Assembly: GCA_965240495.1 (NCBI GenBank)
Contig: OZ251267.1
Coordinates: 1,240,001-1,304,000, forward strand
DNA: 64,000 bases
Direction of reading: 5' to 3'
From: Leotia lubrica
Lineage: Eukaryota
The translations under genes were made by a program, and so were the position numbers. Each line of letters starts with the position of its first letter. The stretch's first letter is position 1. Under the pieces are notes generated by a model. It saw nothing but the letters and a program-made list of their open reading frames with translations. It did no database searches and was not told where the DNA came from. This document shows positions 50,028 through 63,501 of this stretch, in pieces.

Positions 50028-51502
50028 TATGAAACGCGGAATGAATTGTATAAGAGACCTATATGGTAGGGTGGCGCGTTGAGAGGCGTGTAGGATTTAT
50101 ACCAAAAGTAGGGCATTTTCCTAGTTAGTCACACTATGTGTCGCAGAATATGAATCTGTGGCACCAAGGGCTTGCAGTTGTTAACCGACTCTAGAAGTGG
50201 CTATTTTATTACAAGGTAGAAGATCCATATACCCTTCCTAAAAATAGATGCAGATGCTACCCAGATGCTACCCATCTATCCCACCCAACAATGATCCATG
50301 TAACGTAAACCTGGAGTGTGGAAGCTTACTTTGTAGATTTAATACAATATATACTAATTTAATTAATATTTCACTAGCCAGTCTTATATTTTGTATGCAC
50401 GCATAAAAATTTTTTTACATATGAGTATTTGTGTGGGCATACTCTGGTATAGTTAATCAAAAATACCAGGTTGGACCCATATTAAGTAGTTCAGATTTGG
50501 ACCACTTAATGCGAGTCCAACTTGACAATTTTAATTGGCTCCCAGTCCAAACAGGTAGTATGGGCTTTGCAGTCACTGCCTGAGGTAGGGACACTGGTAG
50601 ATAGGCTGCGCAATCACTGCCTGAAGCCATAACTCTAGTAGGCAGATTGTGCAGCCACTACCCAAAATGTGACAACCTGTCACATGATCGGTCATCACCT
50701 GACATGAGGTGCCTCTGGTTCTGTAAGGTCAACAACATATGATGTTGAGAAGTTCGGTCTGCCTCAACCTCTATTCATCTGCAAAAAAAATTCTGATAAA
50801 AAATTCCTGAGTCAAACTGTACTGCTGCGAGTGGCTCTGAGCGGTTAAAAGCAGTCCAGCTATCAATTCCAAGTGGCTTTAAGAGGCTAAAAGTAGCCCA
50901 GCTATCAATGCTAAGCGGCTTTGAGTACTCTTGAACAAATAGCAAGTATGCTCTGACCCACCTTGAGTGTCTCCGAGCTTCTATGCACTCTTTTAATGCT
51001 TACGGTCAGTATAATACCTAAGGTCAGTATGAGGAGTAGGCCTAATATTACAATTGTTTAAGGTTCATAATAATTACATATAGGCATAAGGTGTAAGTTA
51101 CTGAATAGACTTAATTCTCTATTCTGTGCCTTCATACTCATACGGAGTATTCCTGTCTCCCCCCATATCCCGCTACCAACTCTCATCTATTTCATCTTCT
51201 TGCACTTTCTGGCTCCCCACTCCACTTGGCCCAGATTCCATCCAAATATCCATTTCACTATCAGAAGTAGATAGGTTTGGTAAATTTTCCCGCTTGAACC
51301 AAACTTCTTCCTGATTGTTAGTAGCCCAAGCTTATTGTGGGTTTAAACTCTCTATTTGTTGTGATAGTAAAAGGGGACGTCTAGTGTTTACAATTCTGTA
51401 TTTATCTGTAGACTAGGCTGATGGACTAAAGAGTGGAGTTGGACTTAAGGTCTCTATTTATATATATATCACGATAACTATTCCCAAATGAATATTCCCC
51501 CT

Positions 51503-51745
51503 TGTTAGGAGCACTGCTGTGGGGGAAGTGGGGACTATTCAGAGCCATAGGGTATCCAGGTACTCAAAAGCAATACTGTTATGACCCTCACTATAACATC
51601 CAACTACAAGACTAGTAACTCAGTTGACTAAGCAATTGATAGCTGACAAAGCAGCCAAGAAACTAATAAGCCTAATCAGTTTGTTCCTTGCAGCCGCTCT
51701 CGCATCCGTCCTTACAGCAGCCCCTGCTACCGCTCTTGCCATTAT
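51503..51745. repeat. Two abutting LTR-A fragments (inverted 3' end 51503-51576; forward 5' end 51577-51745)
   Basis: Match the two termini of LTR-A; cut at 51746 by another sequence starting TGTAAGGG that may be a different LTR. Confidence 0.7.
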
Positions 51746-52370
51746 TGTAAGGGTTCATAGAATAGAGTATTACGAATCAGAATAGATTTTGACAGAAGTA
51801 AGATATATTGCAAGACTAATCTCTATCCCTCTAACTATAGGGATATCCCCCTTTATATAGCCCTTGATTCCCCCGATACCCGACCAACCTGTTGAGTTCC
51901 TCCAGTATTGATTAACTAGTTGAGTTCTCCCGTCGCCCAATCTATGGGTTATTGAGTCGTTGTGGCCTGAAGGTGTCATGCCGGTCGAGTGTCGGGGAAT
52001 CTCCAGATCCCTAATGCCACTAATAATATCTGAACTCCGGTCTACCATATGACGCTTGGTTAGGTGATAGTACTTGAGGTCTTGGTTGAAGTGTTTTTAA
52101 GCATGGTCGAACTGATTCTGCATTGCTATGCTCATCTAAGCATACAATTGGGTATTTTGGTTAAATTCTCTGATCGCCGGTTTTATCGGCTCAGTTTTGA
52201 GTTCTCAGTCTGGAGCTGGTTGATTTGGATTGATGTGTGGCTATATGTTGTCATTACAGTGAGCCTGGACTTTCGATAGCCACTGCTCTCATTCCTCCAG
52301 TTGGGCTAGAACTATGTTCTTTGACAAGCTCATGATTCGAGCTTCGGTTTGTGATCGATTTGTTGGCTTG

Positions 52371-54076
52371 TGTTACGACCCTCACTGTTACGACTCCTAC
52401 TATGACACCCAACTACGAGACTAGCAACTCAGTTGACTAAGCAACTGATAGCTGACCAAGCAGCTGAGAAACCGATAAGCCTAATCGGCTTGTTCCTTGC
52501 AGCTGCTCTTGCATCCGCTCTTGCAGCGGCCCCTGCAGCCGCTCTTGTATCCGCCATTACAGCAGCCCCTGTAGCCGCTCTTGCATCCGCCCTTATAGCA
52601 GCCTCTGCTGCCGCTCTTGCCGTTACCCTTACTACTACGTTTACAGCTACCGCCAATAGCCACACGCTGAAGCTGCTCTTACAATTATCCTACGGTGGCC
52701 TCTAGTCGCCAACTCTACTATTACTGCTTCTGTCGCTAGAGTTCTAGTCAACCACGCAACTATTATAGGGCATGGCTATGATAGCTCGGTAGCTATTAGC
52801 ATCACGATAAGCATACTCACCAAATTCCCGAATGTGCTCACCAAATTACCGAATGCGCTCACCGAGTTACCAAATGTGCTTGCCGACAGACCCGCCCCAA
52901 TTACCGCCCTAATTTCCGCCCATTACAGAAACCCCGGTCATTAGACCCGCCCCAATTTCCGCCCTTTGCAGAAACCCCGGTCACCGGTCTGGCGATCGCT
53001 CCAGTTCTGGTAAAGCTTGCGACCACCATTACTGCCACAATTCCAGTTAGCGATGCACCCGCAATTGCCGCCATAAATCTACTTCGCTATGCGACGGCTC
53101 TTACTACTACAGCTCTGGCCGGCTATGCGACTACTTCTGTCGCTACAATACTAGCCAGCTATGCGACTATTTCTATCGCCATAATCGTGACTGACACACA
53201 ACTGCACTTGCCGCCATAGTGGCGCGAGCCATACTCAGCCAGCCACGCCCGTAGTCAGGACTACACAGCCAGCCACTTCTACAGCCAGCTCTCACTACAA
53301 CAACCCAGCAACTAGTTAATCGGGTAACCAATAGCCCTGTAGCCAAGAACCTAACAACTAGTAACCTAACGGGATATAACGGGAACCAGTAGAATTTCCC
53401 GAGAACTAGTCCCGAAAGAGCTAGTAGAATACCCGAGAGCTAGCCCAGCATAGACTAGGAAGCTCTACTTGGGTCAGACGCAAGATAAGGTAAGATAAGA
53501 AACTAGGCAAGCCTAAGCCAAGCCTAGGAAGTGGGGCAATGCGATTGGTAATCATCAGTAATCAACAATTCCAAATCACCGATCAGTAATCATCAGTAAT
53601 CACTGATTTCAAAGCAGGGTTAGTAAGCATTAGTAATCATCAGTAAGCGGAGATTCCAAATCATTGATTCCAAATCATTGATTTCAAAGCGGGGATTTGT
53701 AAGACAAATGGAAGCCTCTGGAAACAGCCAGAATCTGGTGGAAGAATCCAGCCCCAGGTAATGGGGGGCCAGGAATCATGTATAAATAGAGAGTAAAAGT
53801 TTATTTTAGAGGAGCCAGACTTCAGTCAATTGAATACAGAGCACAAAGCACCAAGACAACTACTCTTCTCCTTCATATACTTTCTTGTGATCCACATACA
53901 TCCCGTCGACACAAGACGACCCCTGATCACACCTCAGCCTCTAGGACAACTACACACCTCCCCCCTTCATACACTTGTCCCAGAACAAGTAGTCAACTAG
54001 CGACACCACTTCTAAGTACCTGGACGACCTGTGCCCTTGAATAGTCCCCACTTCCCCCACAGCAGTGCCTGTAACA
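52371..54076 (+). repeat. Complete LTR-A solo LTR (1706 bp)
   Basis: TGTTAC...GTAACA ends; perfect 5-bp TSD GCTTG (52366-52370, 54077-54081); TATAAATA near 53781. Confidence 0.9.
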
Positions 54077-56203
54077 GCTTGATAGTAGCTTTCGATCGTC
54101 AATTCTCTCGATTCTTGTGTGCGCAATTCTATATATGATAGTTGTGATAGCGGTCTAGTTACTGCTTCTCAGGCTTATAACTGTCACACAGTTACGCACA
54201 AGACATGAAATTAAAGGGGAATAAGGTCCGACTAAATACTGAGTATATTGAGTATGTAGATGTCTATATGTATGTGTATAGCCATATGGGCAAGGGCATG
54301 CCTTACTATACCCAAAAGCTCAGTCCCAGTTCAAGCGGGCTTTTCCAGCCACCTACTCTGGCCAAAGTTCCAAGCCGGACTTTCCCTGTGACTATACTAC
54401 TCTGATTCAGTTACTCTGAACTAGTCTTTAGTTCCGCAACTCTGATCTGGATGCTACGTCATGTGGCAGAAGTCAAGTTTGAGCTTAAGCAACTCAAGCT
54501 GCTGACGCAAGAGATCACGCCACTTAGTACCATAGGAGTAAATTTGCGGATCTTTCTCAACAGTAATAGTCTCTGTTTACATCTTATAACCCTCCATCAT
54601 GATGAACTCTTCGATATTCATAGTTAATTCTTATTCCTGTTTATTCTTCATCATTCAATCAATCTGAAACAAAACGAATTTTTGTGGTATAAAAGGCTTA
54701 ATAGTTATTAGCCGAGTAATAGATCCAGACGCCTGGCAGTCTTGCATCCAAGTAGAAATGGAGGTTTTGTCATTTACCTGTGATTTGTATAGTTTAGCCT
54801 AGTTGAGAAATGATGACTTTTGTCTGCTGTATGCTTGCAAACCTTGTAAGCTTTTTATGACTGCAAATACCCTACTCTATTTTTCTAAATGCGATTCCTC
54901 CCACTTCTCATATGGGCCTATCATCAGTGGTATGATTGTGCTTGAGTCAAAATCTAGTATGTTGAACTCAGAAGCTGCTTCAAACTGGGTTTGAGCCTCT
55001 TCATCCTTCTGATACAGTGAGTGGGACTCGTAACTATATCTAGTTCATTAGTGGGATAGAATATATTGAATAGAAGGGAAATGCTCGTAGAATAGGCTAA
55101 ATGGGAGTATGTGGAAAAGTGATGTATTGTCTATGAAATCTATGTGGGAGGGCCCCAACTATACCGAGCCCCTGACCACTACAGTCAAAGTGTCAGCTCG
55201 GCTCCTAAGTGCCTCAGGCCCCCAATTCCGCCCCCAAGTCCGGTATGCCAACCCAGTTCCAGTTCGGGGCTTATGCCACATACTGCACGACAGAATATGA
55301 CACCAGTGAAAATATAATTCTGGTCACTTGGCGTGATCTTATGATTAGCTGATGTACACTTTGCCTTGAGTTCTTCTAAATTCATCCCAAATAGGTCATC
55401 ATGGTTAATAATATCTTTTAATATGGTGAATATTTGACAAGTACGTCGACTTTAGACTGTCCCAAAATTTCAGGACCGGACTGAATATTTATGGTTTGGT
55501 CTGGTCTGGTCTGGAAAAAAGTTGGACCAGACTGGACTGCACCAAAAAGACCGTATAGTCCGACGCTAATAACCTTTTTGTTCCGTTATAGAATTTTTTA
55601 ATTTTTAAAATCTGAGTAGTACTAGATAAGGGCTTTCCAATCTTTTAAGTTCTAAGTATGTTTATTAATAAACACTTGCGCTATAAAAGCTTCAGTCCGG
55701 TCCAAACTAAAAATGGAAACTGTTTTACCGTCTGGTCTTTTATTTTGGGACCCGACTGCTGATTAAGCAGTCCAGTCCGGTCTTAACTATCATACGGTCT
55801 GGTCTATATATTCTTTGTGTTATGGTCTATAAAAAAAATTGGGACCGGATTGCTTTCAGTCCAGTCTTTTATTTTGAGACCGAATACTCTGGTCCGATCC
55901 TGGACTAGTAGGAAAAGACCAGACTGGACTGTAGTTATTACATAATTTGCATAATGTAGGGGTAACAGTTAGGAGTAATAGTAATATACATATTCTAGCT
56001 TCTTAGATTGAATGCTGGTATTAATACCCAAACTATGGTCAGGAGTAATGTTTAGGATTAACGCAAAGATATTCTGTTTGGTTGGAATAGCTTAAATATC
56101 AGGTATTCAGCTGTAAATCATAGTCAGGAGTAATAGCATAGAGTAACTGTCTAGAGTAATAGGAACTGCTCACTAGGTATTATACTCTATATTTTTACAG
56201 ATG

Positions 56204-59110
56204 TTATCTGCCAGCTATTCTTGCCCTTCAAGGACTTGCTTGTATATGTCTATGTGGTGGCAAAGATTGCCCTTCATCCTTCTCCCCCTCACCCCCACAC
56301 CTTGTTCATCATCAGATATCTCCAATGATGTAGCAATCGACTTCTAATTTTGCTCTACCTCTAGGTCAGAGTCCGGTGCTCCAAACATATGATTTATATT
56401 CTCCCAATCCTCCCCAAGCTGCCACACTATCATGGTACAAACCTAGAGAACTATGAGGTGTAACTGTTGTAGCATAAAGAGGGAACTACGAAGAGCCGTA
56501 AGGGCAACTATATACAAGTGTGGGTCACATGACCTCTGAGGCCCATGCACGTGGTGAGAACTAGGAATCAGTACAGGAGGGGCACACGAGGTCAGGCCGG
56601 AGCTGGGCCGGAGTTGTGCCGAGGTTGTGCCAGATCAGTACCATGATACACGTGTTATGGTGGAAGTGCTTAACACTCATAGATTGATGAATGGTGTCAG
56701 GGTTGATCTGGGCACGATGGTAGTTATGCTGGTCACGAGCGATATTGAAGATCCATTCGATACTAGTCCCGCTTGCTGGTTATGTTAATTCTTATTTTCA
56801 TAGGATTCTGAGTATAGTAGCGTTACTCCTAAGCCTTACTTCTAGTCGCAACCAGAAGTAACGCTTAGATAATTATAAACATCAACATACCTGGAACAGC
56901 AAGGATTTCTCTGGCCATCAATGCAAGAGAAGGGTAAGAAGGTTCTATTCTTTTCCACAGTTGTAAGACTGGTATTTCTGAGTCTTCTCCGATTACTAGG
57001 GCTCATAGGTATTGCTCCACCTCATTTGTCGCTACTGAACTAACTCGGCTAAATCCTATACTTTGCCGGTGCTGTCGAAAGATGCCATTTAGGGTTTGGG
57101 GGGCCAATGAAACTCGTAGCTAATCATCTCTAGTCACAGCCAGAGGCTGGTAGTTGACGCTCCAGTGATCTACAAACTCCTTTGTATACTTCCTATTCCA
57201 TGAGCAACCCCACTTTGGTGATGCAAAGATATTGAGCTTTTGAGAAGAGTCAAGCATAGCAGCTAGAGCATATTGCATTTCAACTGGTCCTCCTGTTTTA
57301 GAATAGTATTCCTTCAATTTTAGGATTCTGATATTGACTGCCGTAATGAACTCAGAGATCCGAGGGTTTTCTCTGGGTCTTTGTGACAAAGCTTGTCCCG
57401 TATCATATTGAGGTGATCAAAGAGGGCATTATAGACATTCCAGGTGTGGTTGATTGTTGCATCTTTTGTATTCCCGATAAGATTGGTATACTCTGCAAAT
57501 AGACGCAGATAAGATACTTCAATTTGTTCCAGTCCATATTCGACAGAGACAGGTGTTCAAGGCCCGGATCCTCTAGTATCTCTTCATCGAGCCAGTTCCG
57601 TAGAGGAATACGTAGACGCCTTGCCCGAAGTATCATGTCCTATGTAGAGTTCCACCACATTGAAATATCTCCTACCATCTGGAGTAATCGGACTGACTCC
57701 TGCTCTGACTGCTTTGGCAACAGATGCTTAGTTCTTTTGGCTGATTGACTCATCATAGTAGCGTATCTGCATATCTGGTAATTTCAAGACTATCAGCATT
57801 ACTCTTAAGCATTACTCCTGATACTATACCTTTGTGATCGCACTACTTACACTCCTACCATTGACATCATTATCTAAATCCTCAGTCGCTGGTTTAATAT
57901 CAAAGGCTCCCAATATAGCCTTAACAACAAGTTGTATTACATAGGCCAGACATGGAATCTTTATAGAATCACTGCTCCAACTATTATTAATATCCAAGTT
58001 GTTGAGTAGCTCTTCTAAATCCTTCCGCATTGTGCCATTGTTTCCAGCATTGTCAGTGATGATATAAAGGAGATGCTTTGTAATGCTAAAGTGCTCTAAG
58101 ACATTATATAAAATGCTGCCATATATTCGCCAGTATGAGAACCCTTCAATGGTTCAAAACCAATCAGTACCTACAATAGATGTTAGCATATATTTGATTA
58201 GACAAAAGCGTATAGCACACCTCTTGCCACTGCCAATTACTCGTGATATAATATGCTGTAACAGCAAGAAATGACCTCTTAAATGGGCTTTGCCAGCCAT
58301 CCAATGCAATTGAGACCTTTGCAGTCTCAGGCAAATCTAATAGGAGCTGCAACTGAACACTTTCGTAAAGACTTGTCAGGTGCGTACGAATAAATGTTCT
58401 GTGAGATATGTCAAGGTCAGACCTCAGCATAAGCATAGCTTTCCGGAATTCGGGATGCTCAACAGCTCGAAAGGGTAGGTTTGAAGATATCAAAAAGACT
58501 ATCAGCTGTTCTCTCCAAGCTACTTGGTTGAATGCGGGAATGAGATTTGAGTTAGAGGCCTATCCATACTATCAGTTTGTTCATAGCGCCATGAGAATTA
58601 TTTACTTACCATAGTTCCGGCTCCAAATTGCGACAAGAGTCCTTGACCAGTTTTTGAGCCACCACATTTCTTATGCTTAGCATGATGCTGAAGAGTAGAT
58701 GTACTACTGCCACCAGTTCGAAGCTCAGGGTAAGCAAATACCTTCCAACATACCTTGCAGAGAGCCTTTGGAGAACCATTCTATATATTAGCACCTTGCT
58801 TAAAATACTCCCATACTGTCGACCTCTTTGCTTTTGTCCAGGAAAAGTATCCAAATTTATCATTAGATTTTGATAAATTAAGCACATGGCACCACCAAGG
58901 ATTCCAATACTCGACATTATTTCTTCTCCAAATAGTATATCTCTTATTCGGAGATAGTTCCAGATGTTGAAAAAGATCACCTTCCTCAGAGACTTCAGTT
59001 TCCGTTGACAGAGGAAAAGAGTTTGGGATAATGTCAACAGCAAATAGATCTGACGCCTTAGACATAAGACAATCACTTGACATTGTAGCAGGAATTATAA
59101 TATCCGACAT
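56204..59110 (-). pseudogene. hAT transposase, degenerate
   Basis: Fragments 58781-59191, 58164-58493, 57824-58030, 57403-57636 and 57120-57389 match the hAT-2 transposase; frameshifts and a 221-bp insertion. Confidence 0.9.
56428..56648. repeat. 221-bp insertion (probable solo LTR) in the last transposase exon
   Basis: Absent from hAT-1 and hAT-2; 11-bp terminal inverted repeat TATCATGGTAC / GTACCATGATA; degenerate 5-bp flanks CACAC / CACGT where the other copies have a single CACAT. Confidence 0.7.
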
Positions 59111-59471
59111 TGTTGTATGAATAATAATATCTGTAAGTAATAAATAAATCAAATTATCAAAATGAAAAGAAGTGTCATGAGCCTGGCACAAATCTTCTAT
59201 TCAACAATAATGCTCAAAAGTAACGCTAGTTGACAGGGAATTAGACTGTAGTAATTATACAGCCACTAATTTTAAATCTCACCTGTAGGAATAAGCCGCA
59301 GCTAGCTTGGGCCAAAACCCCAGCCAACTACGCCTCACGCCACTACAACCTAGTTATAGTACCTGGCCAGCCACCCAAGCTAGTAACGAACCAGACCAAC
59401 TGTAACAAGCCTTGTCAGGCAGATATAGCTCAATTGTGGCTCTATCGCTGCTGAAATGAATGGGCTGTTAA

Positions 59472-61438
59472 TGTTACGACTCTCACCGTTATGACCCTCA
59501 CGATGTCCAACTATGAGACTAGCAACCTAGTTGACTAAGCAACTGATAGCTGACTAAGCAGCTGAGAAACCGATAAGCCTAATCAGCTTGTTCCTTGCAG
59601 CCGCTCTTGCATCCGCTCTTACAGCAGCCCTTGCAGCTGCTCTTGCATCCGCCCTTACAGCAGCCCTTGCAGCCACTCTTGCATCCGCTCCTACAGTAGC
59701 CTTTACAGCCACTCTTGTATCTGCCCTTACAGCAGCCCCTGCTACCGCTCTTGCTGTTACCCTTGCTACCACATTTACAGTCTGCTTGCCAAATAAGCCA
59801 GACACTGAAGCCGCCCTTACAATTGTCCTACAACGACCTCTAGTTGCCGACTCTACTATTACTACTTCAGTTGCCAGAGTTCTAGTCAACTACGCAACTA
59901 TTACAGAGCATGGCTATGATAGCTTGATAGCTATTAGTATTGTGATAAGCATACTCACCGAATTACCGAATGCGCTACCGAATTACTGAAGGTGCTTACT
60001 GAACTACCGAATGCGCTCGCCGAGTATCCGAATACGGACCCGCCCTAATTTCCGCCCATTACAGAAACCTCAGTCACTGGTCTGGCAATCGCTCTGACTA
60101 CCATTCCAATTCTGGTTAGGCTTGCGACCATCACTTAGCTATGCGACTACTTCTGTCGCTATAATACTAGCCAGCTATGCGACTATTTTCTAGCGCTACA
60201 ATCGCGACTGATATGCAACCACGCTTGCCGCCATAATTCCACTAGCCATACATTCAGCCAGCCACAGTTGTAGCCGGCTTCCGCTACAACAACCCAGTAG
60301 CCAGGTAACTGGGGAACCAATAGCTCGGGAACTGGTAACCCGACAGCTTGGCAATCTGGCATGGCTTGAGAAGTCTACAAGGGACCTTCCAGAAGCTAGC
60401 GGAACTTCCCCGAAGCTAGTACAAGCTTGTATGCAAGCTAGGCAAGCCCAGACGCAAGTTAACACCAAAGGGGAAGCACTAAGCAAGCCAGGCAAGCCCA
60501 GATGCGAGTTAATACCAAAAGGGAAACCCTAAGCCAGCCAGGCAAGCCCAGACGTGAGTTAGTACCAAACAGGAAGCTCTAAGCTGGAGATAAGGAAAGA
60601 GTCACAACCCAGACACCTAATAGGCTGGAGATAGGGAATTAGGCACCATCAATAAGCTGCATAAGCCAAGCTGAGGGGTTAGGCAGCAGCCAATACATGA
60701 TAAGCTGGAGATAAGGAGGTTGGGTACCAACCAAGCCGCGATAAGCCGAGATAAGAAATCAGGCAGCAGCCAACACATGATAGACTGAAAGTGAGGGGTT
60801 GGGCAGTCAGCTGAATGCACGTCAGCCCCGTGACTCACTATTACGTGCAGGTATGCATGTGACTCAATAATCACATGCAGGCATACACGTGACCCACATG
60901 AGATAAGGGATTCCTGAAGAGCTATTGGATATCTAAAGAAATAATCATCTAATGGCTTATCTAAAGAGGGGTTCCTCTAGACTAATCAGAATATCTAGAA
61001 GATAGTGATCTAGATAGAGGGGGGCTAGGAAATTATGTATAAGTAGGGACCCAAAGTCCTCCCTAGAGAAGCCAGACTTCAGTCACTTGAATAACAAGCA
61101 CAAGACACCAAGACAATAACTCCTCTTCTTCATATACTCTCTTGTGATCCACACTCACCCCTTTCAATACAAGACAACACTTCATCACATCATAGTCCTA
61201 AGACTTCCCCATTTCAACACTTCATCACACCAGTCTCAGGACTCCCCCCTTTCAACACTTCAGCATATCAGCCTCAAGACTTCCCTCTTTGCAGTACTAC
61301 ACCATATCAGCCTTAGGACTCCTCTCCTTGCAACACTCACCCCAGAACTAGTGGTCAACTAGCAGTACTGCTCTTGAGTACCTGGATACCCTGTGGCCCT
61401 GAATAGTCCCTACTTCCCCCACGGTAGTGCTCCCAACA
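59472..61438 (+). repeat. LTR-A large solo-LTR-like repeat inside hAT-3
   Basis: TGTTACGAC...CCCAACA; colinear with 13377-15342; adjacent hAT spacer sequence is deleted and there is no TSD. Confidence 0.82.
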
Positions 61439-62551
61439 TGGCCGCCATGGACGAGCGGCCGCCATGGACAAGCGGCCGCCATAGACGAGCGGCCGCCATA
61501 GACGAGCGGCCACTATGGACGAGCAGCTGCCATAGTCAAGCGGCCACCATAGACTAGCGGCCGCCATGGACGAGCAGCTGCTATGGACGAGCAGCCACTA
61601 TGAATGAGTAGCCACCATGGACAAGCGGCCGCTATGGACAAGTGGCCACCATGGACGAGTGGCCCCTATGGACGATCGGCTGCTATGGACAAGCGGCTGC
61701 TATAGACAATCAGCTGCCATGAACAAGTGGCCCCCATAGACCAACGGCTGCTATAGACAAGCTGCCACCATAAACCGATAGCCACAATTGAGAAGCTGCC
61801 ACTATTAACAAGTTGCAGCCATTAACAAATAGCCTCAATAAACAGATAGCTATTATGGACATGGCCCCCGATGCATTGTAACTATGATGTACAGGTAGCC
61901 ACAATGTACCAGCAACCATAATTATACCATTGGCATCATTGGCAGGCAACCACTATTAGTTGCGGCTACTGAAATGCTGATAGGTAGGAAAATCGCCACA
62001 AATCTTAATTTTGACAGGAAGTAAATTGTTTACTAGTAATCATGCACTGATAGAATAGAAATCGTCAGAAATCTCAAGTCCCATCCATTTATCATTATGT
62101 AGTTCACCCTAATATGTCTTCTCTATACTTCACCATAATTCTATCTCATGTGACCACTGATCACATGATTTTCGTCACATAAACCAAATGAAGAATTACC
62201 TTTCAGAATCGCACATCATCATAATAAGAATATAACACACCTGTCACATGACTACATGTCATCATAACAAGCACATTCAACAATACCAAGCACATAATTA
62301 TATGCGATAACGGTAAGCGCAGAACTCCTCATACTAGAATTCTAGTTTGCATTATTTTCTGACCAGCTCTACTATCAAATAGTAATCAATCCGACAATAG
62401 TAACATTCACAAAGCTGTTCACTCATACGAAACAATAGTTCCTAATCATATAATCATACGTTATAGCCCAACCGCTTGTAAAGGGAATTTCAGGTCATAC
62501 CTTTTAAGTGTCATCATGAACGACAGCATCAATACTCTCAACTCTCATAAA

Positions 62552-63501
62552 TCATTCATTCAACTTCTCTCCCCGTCTCTCTTCGTTACACATATCCTTC
62601 CAGCTCAATACATTTTTATGACAAAACAAATCAATGCTGTTCTGAACTCCCTCAATTTCACCAATGTTATGTGTAATCAACGAACCCATAAAGAAAAAAG
62701 CATCACCAGGCTCCAATTCCACAATCATTTCCAATTGCCATAATACCAACTCTCCTCCGTTATATTCCCCCTAAGGAACGACACAATTATATCCTGAATC
62801 CCCAAAATCCAAATGAGTACTGGTACTACCAGTACCACCTGATTTAATGCCACCCCGAACCAAACGCCACATAATGGCTGCAGATCAAGAGCTTGCAAAT
62901 AAGGTTGCACTCCTCTATACTTAATGTAAATCATTGGACTAATCATCCGAAGCTCCTCAGATAAGTACTCGAAGAGTTTTTTATTTTTATTGTACCATTC
63001 TTTCGATGCCGGCAACTCTTTTCTATACTCTGCACTCTCATACGGTATTTTGCTGTAATCGTGCCAAACTGAATAATGACGTGTTGGATAGTCCCCTTGA
63101 TTACGAGTATTAACCTTCGCAGGAGGCAGAGCTGCAGTCATTTCTTTAATCGTTTTCAGTAGGCCAGGTTTAATACGATACAGGTATCCCAAAATCTCAC
63201 TGTGTTGATCAATTATCATATGGTGATTCTCATGGGACTTTATTACCGTAAATGTATTAATATCTCTCTTTTCTTTCACTGCTTCCAAAACCTCTTTCCA
63301 TCTCCCCATCTTCTCCTCCTTTAATTCCACATACGTCACCGGAGATTTCGTATATGTCATACCTTTCTGCATCTTTTCCCACATTTTTATACGTTGTTGT
63401 GTCCGATGCTTAACCTCTTCCTTCGGCCAATTCTTATCATCCATAACACCGCAATCCGTAAAGAGAGAAAATATCTTTTCCTTTTGTTCTAGCGTCGACA
63501 T
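62552..63501 (-). pseudogene. 2OG-Fe(II) dioxygenase, TET/JBP-like (frameshift near 62830 plus a stop)
   Basis: ORFs 62725-63507 and 62552-62749 match the N- and C-terminal parts of the hAT-2 cargo protein; distal THNI and QNSIDLFCH present. Confidence 0.8.

Noticed and set aside
54190..55440. Possible decayed coding sequence or further LTR element
   Set aside because: No motif, paired LTR or TSD could be established by eye; left unannotated.
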